Positions 24,487 through 39,600 of a stretch of 64,000 nt of DNA are shown in pieces; the stretch's first letter is position 1; the number at the start of each line of letters is the position of its first letter. The DNA comes from Antedon mediterranea. Taxonomy: Eukaryota; Animalia; Echinodermata. The stretch lies in the NCBI RefSeq assembly GCF_964355755.1, contig NC_092671.1:14322001-14386000 (forward strand). The letters are read 5' to 3'. Below the pieces are notes generated by a model that did not search any database, was not told the origin of the DNA, and was given only the letters and a program-made list of their open reading frames with translations. The translations under genes and the position numbers were made by a program.

Positions 24487-25114
24487 GGCCTTAATATGGT
24501 TTTGTAATTAAAGAAATTAGATGGAATATTTTATCACACGCATTTCAGTTCGCATACCGCCAATACAGAATTGGCTATAATGACAGTTAAATGTACAATT
24601 TAAAATACAATGTTTTAACACATCCAACAACCTATCGTATCATGGAGGTATAGAATATATGATCGTATAAAAACCGACCATCACTGAATTCATTACATCC
24701 TATTCGTGTAATATTATCCGCGGCGGTACCAATAAGCACTATTGAGCTGAGATGACAATGAATAAAATAACATGCGAATAATGCTTCTCGTACTGCTTGG
24801 AGAAAGATGTTACTTTTATTACCCTCTTCTATTATTATTTACGTCAATACACGAACATTAAATACGAAAAGAATGACATTTTTGTAACCGTATATTGATA
24901 GATCACCATTGTTTGTGCTAATGGCGAGTTTCAGTTGTAAAAATAGGTGTATTTAGAGATAACGAATAAAAAGACTATAGTTTTTTGTGGGAAAATAAAG
25001 AATCTTATTGCTTCTAGCATAAACAAATTCAGAGACCAAATGAATAAAGTGATACTTTCTGGCTATTCGACAGTAAATGCTAATCATAAGGAATATGTCT
25101 CCGGAAAAACCACA

Positions 25115-26505
25115 TCTATATATAGGCCTAAATTTACGTAAGGGCAAAATTCGGTAAATCGCGCGTTATTTCTAGAATGTTTACTCGATGGTATATAAAG
25201 TTGGTTCGTACTTTCGGTACTGATTTTAACCACCTGATGTAACCCTGTTTACTAATTAAATTGAGTTCGATAATTAGTTATTGACGATTAAGACGAATTT
25301 AGGTTCAACGATTTGCCCCAAATAGGGGTGTTTTTCGATCGTGGTATACACTGTCTAATGGATGTCCGTCTTGGTAAATACCCGCAGACAATAATGCGAG
25401 GATGCTTCGCATTTTCCTATCTCCTCCTACGATAATTGTTTTTAATGGCTGAAAACCGGTTGAACAGCTCGAGTACAGCATCATAATGTTGAAGACAGGC
25501 CGATTTTCTTTAAAAAATACTATTTTGATAGATTTAAAATACGTTTATACAAATGTATTGATTTGCGATGAATGGAACATTCCAATCTCTGTTCCACAAG
25601 CGTCTATTCCCTCAGGCGTCGTAAAGGCAACTACTGTATACTCATAACAGAAATTCGATCCATTTTTTTTTTCAATCTGTGCTGCAGAGGTTGGATATAA
25701 ATTTTTTTTAAACGGATAATGAGCTAGCGTTTTCACTCGCCGTATATTATGTACACATCTTTATTATTGCAGTTAAACCACCCACATCATCACCCTTCCC
25801 TCACTGGCATGAGTAGCGTTGTAAAACCAGTAGAGGATAGGCCTCGGTACATCACATGCCCTAAACGCAGAACAACTTTGGTGGGTAGGGTAGGAACCAA
25901 CTTAAGTATGAATTGGCTCTAAGAAAGAATTGAAAACCATTAGGCCTACTAATTAAGTTGAGTTAGATAATTTAATATTTATTGACGATTAAATCGAATT
26001 TATGATTTTCCCCGAATAGAGGTGGTTTTCACAAATTGTTTTACATTATATAAACATATACACGTCGTAGTGATGTATCGTTACATGTACTGTACTATTT
26101 CAATCGACGGTGATAGTTTCAACAAAGTATTAAATCGCAATGTTTTACTGTGTGTAGTGGTATATTATTTGTAAAACATGAAAACAATTAATATTTCGTT
26201 ACTAAATGGATAAACAATATATTTAAAAAGTGTTCCTCTTTGCACCCATCCTCTTCCCCATCCCTCAACCCTAATGTTACATACAATTGGTCTCATTTTG
26301 TGACAAGTTTCTCTTTCGGAAGTAATTCCCAGGGTGCTAATTTTAGTTGAGTACATAAATCACAGTGTCTATTTATTCGTTCCTGTAAACGACATGTATT
26401 ATTGTCCTGCGGTACGTACATTTGAAATCGCCAGTTTTTTAACGCTGAAATTATTATGTATTCGAGAACCATCTGTGGGCACGACCTAGATGGTATACCA
26501 TCTAG
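25115..26505 (+). mobile_element. Non-autonomous Helitron, copy 2 (mosaic)
   Basis: A|TCTATATAT start, end ctagatggta-taccatCTAG|T; high similarity to copy 1 over 25115-25590 and 26050-26505. Confidence 0.85.
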
Positions 26506-28909
26506 TATAGGCAATTATTTAATTGTGGGTACCAAACTGAACGCCATAAAATAACAATAAACTAAATATAGATATAATGTGTAATGTATACCAGCTAAAT
26601 AATAGACAATTGAAATATTTTTACCACTTTTTTAATCTTGTGAAATTGTATATATATATCAAAAAAATAATTATAACTATAATAATTCTACTATAAATTG
26701 TATATTATATTTTTAAATTTAAATTTTGATTAAATAGTATATGTTTGTATAAAATTTTCAAAATTGTTATAATTGTAATATTTTTCTATTGTTTATTATG
26801 TAGTTTTTCCTGTACTCCAATAATGTAGACAAGTAAAAGTATAGGCTTATTTGAATTTCTATATAATATATAAATATAAAATAAATAATTGTAAAACTTT
26901 AATATGAAAAATAATCATAATAGTTTAGTATATTTTTATAATCTCCTTTTTTTCGTTTTTTATATGCTCCCGTTCATTTGTAATTAAGATTGTTTGCTTG
27001 CTTTTTTTTATTGTGTTCTTCTTTGTTTTATATTTGTAAATCACAGGTTTGCCCGCTGGGATTGTTTTGATTTTTTTATACCGACTAACAAAAAAAATAC
27101 TAATACTAAATAAATGAAATCCGGTAAATCTTTTAAAGTATTTGTTAATTGTTGATGTTTGACAAACCAGGAAAGAATAAATTGTCTTCCCTGAAAAAAC
27201 TTTCCCAAGCAGACATTGATGAAAATGATCTTTTAAATTATTTCTCATTGCTGTTTTAATAAAAAAAAACAGTATAATCTTTCTCTTCATTGCTATATGT
27301 TTGTGTACAATCAATAAGGAATGATATTCATGGGGTAAACAAGGCCACTATGTGCTTGTTTCGCACTTTAAGTACATATTGTTTAAGAGGATGCGCGACC
27401 AGCCCAGTCTTCCTTTGTATGTAACAGAGGCATCGATTCTTTATACCCGGTCTAATCAGAACATTCCATCCCACCCTTCCATTAGTACAAAACGATAGTA
27501 TTTTGATTTTGAAACGCGGTATCCTACTGATAAAATCCTAATTGCATAATATGCAATATATTATATAATGTGAGTAGTACATCTACTTACGATTATTAGT
27601 ACATTATTACAATGATTATCATATAAAAATGGATACGTTTTCTTTATTATTTAAGTGAAAAGAGGATAGGCCTATGTACTGTAACTAATGTAAATGTACT
27701 ACTACGACTTAGGCAATAATAAGGCATTATTTAGGACAAATTGTGTTTAACAATCACATTTATTCACAAAAACAGCCAACATTATAACATATGTTAAAAT
27801 AGTAGGCCTACTTTAACGTTATTCAAATTCTTGTTGCTATAATACGTCCATGGCAAATACCGTTTAGGCTTACAATTCCTTTTCACATAACAGAGATTAA
27901 AAAAATGTATGACATTTACCTGCCGTCAATCGAATCGGTAATTACGCCTGCTTTGTTTATGAATGGAGAAAAAATGTACTATATGTAACCAACCAATCAA
28001 TCAATCAGAACTTTGCTTTAGGCCTACTCGTAAATAGAATACTTCAGAGTTAAGCTATGTTCGGTGACTTTTAAAAACCTCTCTCGCTTTCGTTCATTTG
28101 ATTGTTGTGTCTTTATAAATCATATGTATATTGTATGTGATATTGACCAAATAAATAAATCGCGCCCTTACGATGTTTCTCTTTTGTGCAAACTGTTAAG
28201 CTAGTTTCTCTTCCTCAGTCAGGTTGTTGTTGTTATGATTTGATTTTACTGACTGGACTTTGCGCAGTCGTTTCGTTGTATTTGGTCGGTCCAGTCGCCA
28301 ATGTTGAATAATATCTTATAGTTTCAAACATAATTTTAAAAAATAAGATAACTATATTATATGTAACAATAGTAATATGAATAGGTACGATCGAGAGGAC
28401 AATGAGAATATCACAAAATGATTTAGATATTGATAACTGATAATTCCTGCAAACTATCCTGCGTTACACCCTTATAATTATAATGATTGTAAAAGTACCA
28501 TATTCAATATTATTATTATTATTATTCCCATTTTTTTTTTGTATTTATAACTATAAAAACAGCATAAACAATATTAAATATTCATTAAAACCATTTTCAC
28601 TCAAAAAGACTACAATACAAATATCTGAAATCATCGGAATTAAACACTTCATTACATTTCATTACACGTCATTACATTTTAAAAATATAAACTTCCATTA
28701 TCATTCGTATACAGAAATAATGTTATGGCAGAATGTGTAATCAATCTGTATGTGTTTTTAAGCATTATAGTTACTAAAGCTTATAGATACTACGTTACAG
28801 TTTCTGTCTAAATCAGTCAGTCTTGTCTGTATGTCTGTTCGTATCTACTCGTCTGCCACGTCAAACGGTCAAGTGTCTGTCAATTAAGGATGCTCAGTGA
28901 CGCACAACT

Positions 28910-29258
28910 TTTTATAAAACAGAGGTGCCATGGTGGGGGTGATGTGTACATTGGTATGTTATAAAACAGGGGTGCAGATATCACACTCGCTAGGTGGGGT
29001 AATTATGTACATTGATATGTTATAGACACCACAGACACCACATCCACAAGGCGGGGTATGTACATTGGTATGTTATAAAACAGGGGTGAAGTTACTACAA
29101 CCACCCGGTGTGTGTGGTAATGTATACATTGGTATATTATAGACACCACAGACACCACATCTACAAGGCAGGGTATGTACATTTGTATGTTATAAAACAG
29201 GGGTGAAGTTACTACAACCACCAGGTGTGTGTGGTAATGTCTACATTCGTATATTATA
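28910..29258. repeat. 117-bp tandem repeat (two ~58-bp subunits), ~2 full copies plus degenerate parts
   Basis: gacaccacagacacca at 29025/29142; gttactacaaccacc at 29091/29208. Confidence 0.8.
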
Positions 29259-29684
29259 AAGCAAATAATAAATAACTAAGCTTAATAAGTTACCGGTAAA
29301 CCTAAACAAATGAATAGAAAATCAAAGAAGTTATAAATATATCAAACAAAACAATGATTATAATGCCGTCAATAAAAATATATTATATTCTTTACTCTTG
29401 CACAGTTAACCATTATGTATTGCACAACAAATTTAGTCTAAATATATATAATTGTATTTTACACATAATTGATTAGAATTAGGTCATCAAGCTTAGCTTC
29501 ACTTGCATTGTGACTTGATGGATTATGTCATGACATCTTCTAATCTTAAGGCCTACCCACTAACTCTGTACAACATCCTTATTATTTTATTGTCTTTTCC
29601 TTACCAGGCCTGACACAATGCTGATGTGAGTGAAAACATTTACATCACCTATGCCACATTTTGTAAAAATAATGTTGCAATATC

Positions 29685-30017
29685 TGTCGCACTTTGTAAT
29701 AACTTTTGTCGCACTTTGTAATAACTGTTGTCGCACTTTGTAATAACTTTTGTCGCACTTTGTAATAACTGTTGTCGCACTTTGTAATAACTGTTGTCGT
29801 ACTTTGTAATAACTGTTGTCGTACTTTGTAATAACTGTTGTCGCACTTTGTAATAACTGATGTCACACTTTGTAATAAATTAACTGTATTCTCACTTTGT
29901 AATATTACTGTTCTCGCACTTTGTAATATTACTGTTCTCGCACTTTGTAATAACTGTTGTCGCACTTTGTAATAACTGTTGTCTCACTTTGTAATAACTG
30001 TTGTCGCACTTTGTAAA
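29685..30017. repeat. 22-bp minisatellite (gcactttgtaataactgttgtc)n, ~15 copies
   Basis: Directly visible, with 21-23-bp variants. Confidence 0.95.
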
Positions 30018-30507
30018 ACTGTTTTGTAATGAATTACTGTGTATCCCGTCTTGATTTATCATATACTAACCGTTTGTCATAAAGCTGCCCAAATTCATTG
30101 GTAAATGTTTATCTTTCAGGACTGCTATGTTTAGTTATTCTGCATTCGTTTATTGTACATTTGCCTTTATTCTCAATACCAGCGAAGACAAAACTAAATA
30201 ATATTTATATCACTCCTAATCAAAATGTCGGGTTACTTGATCAAGATCTTTATTAAAACTATTTACATGAACCGACAGTAACTTTAAAACAGTATAAAAA
30301 ATGCAATAGCAGAAGCAAAATAAATAAAAAAGAAACAAAACAAAAGTGTACACAAGTTTTAAATATATTTTGTTATAGTATAATTCTATCTAGATTAGTC
30401 GTCGTCGAAAGTAATAGTTTTCTTAAGTGAAATACACTGCTGAAACATTGCGATAATTATTAACTTTATTATTATTGAAAGGATAAATGTTAGCAATCTG
30501 CTAAGAC

Positions 30508-30688
30508 TTATTTACTTGTTTGGCCAAGTTTAATGCGTTCAGAGTCCTGTTCGCATGTAGTAACGCTATAGTCCATATTTGTGTTTTCTGTCCTAGTGTA
30601 CATTGCACGAGTAAAACCAGGTTCTGCCTTTTTCCGAGCAGTACAACAAGGCAACACTCCCGCAAACCAATTAATAACAGGAATTCGT
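30508..30688 (-). CDS. GPCR last exon, C-terminal tail and stop
   Basis: TTTCAG acceptor, phase 2; RIPVINWFAGVLPCC...QTSK* with a di-Cys (possible palmitoylation site) and S/T-rich tail. Confidence 0.8.
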
Positions 30689-33600
30689 CTGAAATTAAAA
30701 CAATAATAGTAAGAAGCTTTTACACATACAAAGATCTACAGTGGTTATCTATGAGGTACTAAATACCTAACTGGCTACACGTAATTATTGGACCAATACA
30801 CGTAATTATTGGACTAATACACGTAATTATTGGACTAATACACGTACTCATTGGACCAATACACGTACTCATTGGACCAATACACGTAATTATTGGACCA
30901 ATACACGTAATTATTGGACTAATACACGTACTCATTGGACCAATACACGTACTCATTGGACCAATACACGTAATTATTGGACCAATACACGTAATTATTG
31001 GACTAATACACGTACTCATTGGACCAATACACGTACTGATTGGACCAATACACATACTCATTGGACCAATACACGTAATTATTGTACCAATACACGTACT
31101 CATTGTACCAATACACGTACTCATTGTACCAATACACGTACTCATTGAACCAATCATAGAGATATATCTCTATGGACCAATACACGTTATCATTGGACCA
31201 ATACACGTACTCATTGAACCAATACACGTACTCATTGGACCAATACACGTTATCATTGGACCAATACACGTACTCATTTGACCAATACACGTGCTCATTG
31301 GACCAATACACGTACTCATTGGACCAATACACGTAACCATTGGACCAATACACGTAATTATTGGATCAACACACGTACTCATTGGACCAATACACGTACT
31401 CATTGGACCAATACACGTACTCATTGGACCAATACACGTACTCATTGGACCAATACACGTACTCATTGGACCAATACACGTACTCATTGGACCAATACAC
31501 GTACTCATTGAACCATTACACGTACTCATTGGACCAATACACGTAATTATTGGACCAATACACGTAATCATTGGATCAACACACGTACTCATTGGACCAA
31601 TACACAAAATCATTGGACCAATACACGTACTCATTGGACCAATACACGTACTCATTTGACCAATACACGTACTCATTGGACCACTACACGTAATCATTGA
31701 ACCAATACACGTACTCATTGAACCAAAATACGTAATCATTGGATCAATACACGTACTCATTGGACCAATACACGTACTCATTGGACCAATACACGTAATC
31801 ATTGGACCAATACACGTAATCATTGGATCAACACACGTACTCATTTGACCAATACACGTAATCATTGGACCAATACACGTAATCATTGGACCAATACACG
31901 TACTCATTGGACCAATACACGTACGCATTGGACCAATACACGTACTCATTGGACCAATACACGTACTCATTGGACCAATACACGTACTCATTGGACCAAT
32001 ACACGTACTCATTTGATCAACACACGTAATCATTGGACCAATACACGTACTCATTGGACTAATACACGTACTCATTGGATCAATACACGTACTCATTGGA
32101 CCAATACACGTACTCATTGGATCAACGCGTACTCATTGGACCAATACACGTAATCATTGGACCAATACATGTAATCATCTCATTTGGACCATTTTCTTGT
32201 TTCAGGATATCCGGTTTATGAGAGAGTTGATTAATTGAAAACCTGATCTTTTAAATGAATACACATATAATAAGATAGATTAAACATTTTTTATATGACA
32301 ATTACAAAATTACTAACCTGTTTTAACAAAGAAGAAAAATGAAAAGATAACAATATATTCACTAGACACAACACAACATAATGGACAACACTCACTTCAG
32401 CTCCCGGCATAGATTGGTACTGAATATTCCATAGATGAGCGGATTGACGGCGCTGTTAATGGCTGGTAAATTAGCGATGACTGCCATTAGTTTGGCACTA
32501 GGCTGAATCACTTGGAATGCGGCTAACAAATATGTAAAGATGAACGGACTCCAACACAGAACGAATGCTGTAAAACAATCACAATCATCATATGTATCTT
32601 CAACGTATACATTATTTTTAAAACTAAATGTTTGTTTCATAATTTGTTTTGACCAGCATCCACCGTTCAGCGCTTCCATGAACGACAGGGTTGACGCTAT
32701 AGACATGGAACCATGTACACCGGGGAAACCTCCTTAATCTTCCGACAGATGCACTAGTGAGGGGGGGGGGGGGGGGAGTTTAAAAGAGCACACGAGCCAG
32801 ATGTGTACACAGTGTACCTGCAGTTTCTAGGGTTTGCGGTGCCCCTGTCCGCTCGTTCAATTGATTTTTGAATTGAATTGACATTGTAATCAAACATATT
32901 GTTTGTGTGTGAACACTACAATATAAACGGGAAATATATATTTCGTTGCCAACATCTAGACGTTGATGCATAAGTGATTATTATGATTATCATTAAAATC
33001 AACTTACCAATTACAATGCTTAAAGTAATGTAAATCGTTTTAACTTTTGCCTTTGGAATAAGTCCTCTTGAACTTGCACGATGTGAACGACTGCCCTCAT
33101 CAGCTTTTAAATTGTCATAATTATTACCCTCTGAAATATAAATAATAAAGCGTTCTAAACTTAAGATTCTCATCCTTATTAGAAGAAGAATAGTGTGGAT
33201 GGTAGATAGAAATATTGAGGAGGTGGACACATTTTGAATGGTTGGGCCTGAAAGAGGTAAACATCGCATGATACTGTGACGTACCTATGAACACATTCAT
33301 TGTCATAATCAACTCATTCCATATATCTTTATACAACCATAGGCACATTCAAAGTCATAACAATGTGTAAACAATAACCTTACAAATGCATTATAACCAT
33401 GGAGCCATAAAAGTATAAAGTTATAAACATAATTTTATATGTCTATGTTATATAATAGCTATGTTAATTTATAAGCTATTAATTACCGTACTTTTTAAAC
33501 TTATTATCGTATAATAAAGAATCATATTGTATATTAAATATCATAAATGTACGTATAGTTGTGTATATGCTAATATACTGATCGTCAAATATCTTTGCTT

Positions 33601-36600
33601 TGTTGTAGTACAATTATTGTTTTATGATGTCGGGTCTAGAAAGATTACTCGTTCTCAGTTTATAACATATACTCATTTCAAACAGTAATGCAGTACCGTG
33701 TCTGTCAAGCTTTTGTATGGAGTCATTATGTTGTAAAATATATTCCTATTTCAACGTATTTTAATCACTACCTATAGGATTTAATGATTATCTGTATGGC
33801 AATTATTAAGATAATAACTAAAGAATGAAAAATCTTAGGAATCCCAGAAGCATATTCAACAGGAATAAATCTTTGAAACACAGAAAAATAATATATTAAG
33901 ATAATAGTAAATGAGGTGATAAAATACAAGTTTATGATATACTATAAAGTAGCAATAAAATCTATACAAAACAATGCAAAATCCTTCAATGAGAAAATGT
34001 GTAGGAGAGTTACAGTAGCAGTCAGTGGCGTAACGCAGAGGCCTGGAGCCCTATGGTTTAGAAACCCTAAGGGACCTCCAACGCTAGAAGCCTCTGGTAT
34101 TTTTAGCCTTTTTCGACATATTTTAATGTATGTTTATTCTGGGAACTGCTTAGGGGCCCTTGAGCTCCAGAGCCCCTAGTTTAGCCAGTGAGCGCTCATA
34201 GCCGTTACGCCACTGGTTATATACAGTGGGTTATACTTCATTGCGTGTAGGACAACAAGTAAAAAGTAAAGAAACATTTCCTTACTTTTGTTACTTGCTG
34301 GTTTAATATTTGGACCCATCATTTTACTCTTTTTCCAGATAGTAATGATTATAGAGCAGTAGCAGAATAAGATGACAACCAGCGGAATAAAGAACAAAAT
34401 ACACATCACATATATTGTGTATAATTTTAATTTCAAGTTCTCATTTTCCAGTATCATCCAACACTGTGTCCCTTCACCATGTTCTCGGATTTCAAAAATG
34501 TGCAGTGACGTAATAGATGTTATAAACGGCGTGATCCACGCAGCCGCAGCCATCATATGTGCTCTTCGACCTAGTAAAAAGATACAACAATAGGATACGT
34601 TGTCATTGTGTAATTACTAAGATCAGATTGAGACCTTCTTCCATAAAATCACTGGACAGATTTTGATTTTTCATACGCTCAGTGAACCTACAGTACTCGA
34701 GTATCTTATAGTAAACTTCGATACAACGAATGTTGTTTTTTGAGAAGATTACATTCTTTTAAAGTTCTTATTTATAAATCTGTCGTGCAAAGTATTATGA
34801 CTATTTGTAAGGTTTACTTTTACTTCCTTTAGAGAAAGTAATAAAAAGGTGTTACATAGAATCATTGACCAAACTTTTATCACGTCTACCAAACGACAAA
34901 ACACATTTCTCAGTTTAGGATAATAACGGTTTATTAAATTAACTCACAGGTTCTGGATCATGCGTAATCTTATTGTTATTTTTAATGGTATAATTGGGGA
35001 AGAGTAAATTTTCCCGAGTATCAGTAATGTACACGTTAAGTACGTGATGAGATGGGGAGGAAGAATATGGTACCAACTGCGTTCCCTAATTATTCGTACG
35101 TGATATATATATAATAAGAATAATATTATAAGAATACGCAATGTATAACGGTATAAATGTTTTCATCAATTGTTCACTGTTGGTACATCAGTGTACTTGT
35201 AAACGGGCATCGTGATTTTAACTTCTTATCTTGTCGTTGATTTCAATACGTAATTCTACTCGTATGTGAGAAAACGGACGGCATAACATCACTTTTGGAG
35301 CAACGATGAGCAGTTTTGAAGTGACACAAGAAAATTAATAAGTATGCCTACAGTTGTTCGTTCCATATTGACAGAAGTTTGTGAATTCATTTACATGATT
35401 TAATGTTCACTGTTGGTACATCAGTAGACGGGCGTCGTTATTTTAACTTCTTGTCGTTGCTTTCAATACCTTGTACTCGTATGTGAGAACACGGACGGCA
35501 TAACATCACTTTTGGGGCAACGATGAGCAGTTTTGAAGTGACACAAGAAAATTAATAAGTAGGCCTACAGTTGTTCTTTCCATATTGGCAGAAGTTTGTG
35601 AATTCATTTAAATTTATGATTTAATGTTCACTGTTGGTACATCAGTAAACGGTCGTCGTTATTTTAACTTCTTGTCGTTGCTTTCAATACCTTGTACTCG
35701 TATGTGAGAACACGGACGGCATAACATCACTTTTGGAGCAACGATGAGCAGTTTTGAAGTGACACAAGAAAATTAATAAGTAGGCCTACAGTTGTTCTTT
35801 CCATATTGGCAGAAGTTTGTGAATTCATTTAAATTTATGATTTAATGTTCACTGTTGGTACATCAGTAAACGGTCGTCGTTATTTTAACTTCTTGTCGTT
35901 GCTTTCAATACCTTGTACTCGTATGTGAGAACACGGACGGCATAACATCACATTTGGAGCAACGATGAGCAGTTTTGAAGTGACACAAGAAAATTAATAA
36001 GTAGGCCTACAGTTGTTCTTTCCATATTGACAGAAGTTTGTGAATTCATTTAAATTTATGATAACCAAATATTATTTAATTAAATATTAATGTCAATTTA
36101 ATAAAGTTGCATATCTATTTATAATGATATTAAGGTACTCTTTTCTTTATTCACAATGTTTACATTTCAGGTTGAATTAGGCCTACATACAACTACATGT
36201 AACAATCAATACGACTGCAATGTAGGCCTGGGTCACTATGCATCAACGCCCCTGTTAAATTATCCATTTCCAACTTTGCTTTCGGTAAACATTTATTATA
36301 ATTGCTATAAAAGCTATTATATCAGAATTAACTTCGGTTATGATATGCAATCTACGTAATTAGTAGGAGCCTGAAAAGGTCACTCTTTTTGCCATTAACC
36401 CTCTCTATTTACCAAATATTATATACATAACACAATATTTGTTAGGTTATTATTGTAGAGCAAGTAGGCACAGTTTAATGGCAATGCTATTGCAGGTATT
36501 AAATGCACGTAAATGAATATTACCATTATCAAAACCATGTTTTATATTGTCGAAAGTACCAGACATTACTGGTTGTATATGCTAGCCTACACTTTAGTGT

Positions 36601-39600
36601 CTCGGGGTATCACTCAGTTACACAATTTTAGATCAACCCCGCACACTGGAAGTGCAAAGGAGGTATACTTTTGCTAGGATTTATTGTTTCTAATATAATT
36701 ATTGGTTCATCCGGTAAAGATCCTTTAATATTTATCCGGATCATTATCAGTGCGGTATCAGATGTATTGTATTATCATACATTATACTCTAGTAAGTGTG
36801 AATTAAATTATTTATAAAGCTTATTTTTAAAAAACGTGTTGATATCTCGTGTTATTGTTGCGAATAATGACTTACTTCTTCCAGAAAAGTTCATGGGATA
36901 TATAATAGCCAGATATCTATCCACACTTAAAGCGACCAACTGGCAGGATGATGCTGTCAATGAAGCCGCCTACAAAAAGAAGTAACAGAAACAAAATCTC
37001 AATAGAAATTAAGAGATGTTGTTAGATGCGCAAAATATAATTACCTGTTGAGATCATATAACAAAAAACGAACAGATAACTTCAATAATTGAAGAGGACA
37101 TTATCAATCTGAAGAACATCATTAGCAATTACTGTGATATAAACATTACATTTACTCGCTTATTTAAAGTTTAGGTTATGATTTAAGTTATAATGGTTTC
37201 TCAATTCATTTATGCTCCCACAGATTATCTATGCTCATAAGATATCACGAAAACAAAAAACGCGCGCGGTTTAAACGCTGATAATACCACATTGTTTGAA
37301 CAATCAACCATACCAGTGGCCAAGTGGTAGGACGTCTTAGAATATCAAAATTAAAATGTTTTCTTCGGGCGAAGTTTGTCACCCGCATACAGTATGTTTG
37401 CTCATCTTTACCGTTGTTTCATATCTTTAAAAAGCCTACAATCCTTTTCAGATTCATGATCATTCCTCTATTTGATAGGTCAGTCATACGATATACTATT
37501 CCATTTATAAATTTAGCGAATGAACTGATCTTAGAATTAAAATGCAAAAAAAGGTACTAAATTAACTAATGTGTTTCTATATCAGATGTGATTTTAAGCT
37601 TATTTTGCATGACATTTCAGTAGAACAATAATTCCTTAAAAGCATACAGTTGTTTATCAAGCTTAAGAACACCATAGGCAATCAAACGATAGCTTTTGAT
37701 TGAACATAATTGTGGTTTAATCATTTTAAAATGTATTCTTGTAACATCTTCATTCATTTTCATTATATCGAAATCAATAGCTATAAATACGTATATCGTA
37801 TAATCAAAACATACTTTTAGTTTGTACTAAAGATCTACAGAAGCGGTATGGGTAGATCGATTGATGAAGTATAAACAACTAGTAATAATAACGCATTTAA
37901 TGATTTTCAAAATAACAGATCAGATGAAACTATGATATCTTTCAACTTGGTTCAGATTCCTCGATATTGTTTTTCTGCAGAAATCCCAGCACCGTGCTGT
38001 ATCCGATTCTCGTACGGCCTAACAGTTTCTTGTTGTTAGAAATTACACCGTAAAATGTGCCAACATTGTTGCGATAGTTTCCATGTTATGTTATCCATAT
38101 AATTTGACCAGTATGTGTAATGCATAAAAGTTTCAATATTGTTTTCAGGCAGATCTTAATTCTAAATTCTATTCCAAACAATTGATTTCATTGTTTCCTA
38201 TTAACGTTCAGAAAAAATGCGATCTAATTTGTCAATTATATCGGCAACTGATTTCTTATCCGATAAAAAACAACAATATGAAGCATTGTATCAATTTATT
38301 CGGTCATCATAATTAATTGGATCCGATTGCCGATATCAGGATCTTACACGGGAAACTCAATGGGAACTTGGAACCGGAGCGGGAACCGGAACGGGTTAAA
38401 CCTGTATCTAAAATGCCATCACAGTAAATAATGATGTCTGCTGCTTAGCACTTGAGAAAAGTGACATTTTCTTGGCATTTTATATTGATAGAAAATCTTA
38501 ACGATTCAACACGTTTGCTGATGCATATTTTTTTCGTATAAATCCTTTCAAGCATAGTATAATTCAACATCTAAAAGTATTACCTTTCAGAAAGATTTTA
38601 GTTTCACTTACATACGTTTTGATTTTTTCCACTTATATTCTTACTTTTTATTAAGATGTTTTCTCTTAAAGCAGTTAAATTTGAAGGTGTGATAATTTTA
38701 GAAAACATAAATGTTTTTGAGTTTTCTAATTTTTTTTTTCAATTTAAAAGCCATGTGGTTATTTTGAGACATCACTGTTTGGAGAATATTGATTTCTTCA
38801 CTCTGCTATATATATTTTTTAAATGTCATATGCCTTATCAAGCCGACTTATCCAAGTTAAACGTTATTATCAATTCGTTAACATATCAATATGTGTTGAA
38901 TTGGATTTAGTCAATGTGCTTCATAGCACAGGCAATTCACGAACATAGGTCAACGACTCAATGTCTGATCCGAAGTATGGTGGTCAACAATGTAATAATG
39001 ATGATATATCGATGTTAATACGGTATAATTATTATTAACTTTTCGAAGGTACTATAACTTAATATCAATACAGCTAATAATCACATACCTGAATATATTT
39101 AACAAGTTTACAGGCGATGTTACCAGTTTCCCATGTCCCAGTGTATCCTCTATGAATAAGTTGCACCAAAACCTCAAAAAATCCAACAATTATATCTGTT
39201 GAGAGAGTAGAAGATTATTGTAGTGCAATGCTCCACGGTATTACCGTACCACGGTGATGCCGTACCACAGGATACACCCTATATCCACAGTAATGCGTGG
39301 TTCCCACTAGCGACGCAACACAACGACGTAACGCAACATTTGATTTGACCAATCACAAGCGATGATTTATTCAACCTGTCGCTTGTCATTGGTCAACTCG
39401 CTTGCGTTGCGTCCAAATCGTTGCGATTCGTCCTAGTGGAAACCAAGCTTAATGCCGTGTGCCACACGGACGAGTGAGATATTATTTCATGAATAAGAAA
39501 AAAAAAGTATGAATAAATGAATGAATAATAAAAATCGCTTTGATAAATATGATATTGACGAAGAAGGAGACGAGGATGGCTAACATTAAAGACGATGATA

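Noticed and set aside
26925-27314. 129-aa Lys/Ile-rich ORF
   Set aside because: Low-complexity AT-rich sequence with no recognisable motif
29645-29965. Repetitive ORFs (LLQSATTVITKCDNSYYKVRQ) and similar ORFs at 47919-48138
   Set aside because: Translations of the 22-bp and 19-bp minisatellites
30759-32153. Long ORFs (MSTCIGP, YWSNEYV, HWTNTRT repeats) up to 315 aa
   Set aside because: They arise from a 21-bp minisatellite open in several frames on both strands and lie inside a GPCR intron; no coding evidence
37045-37108. Possible extra GPCR exon with CAG acceptor and CAG|GTAATT donor
   Set aside because: 64 nt, frameshifting with an in-frame stop; the flanking exons join correctly without it
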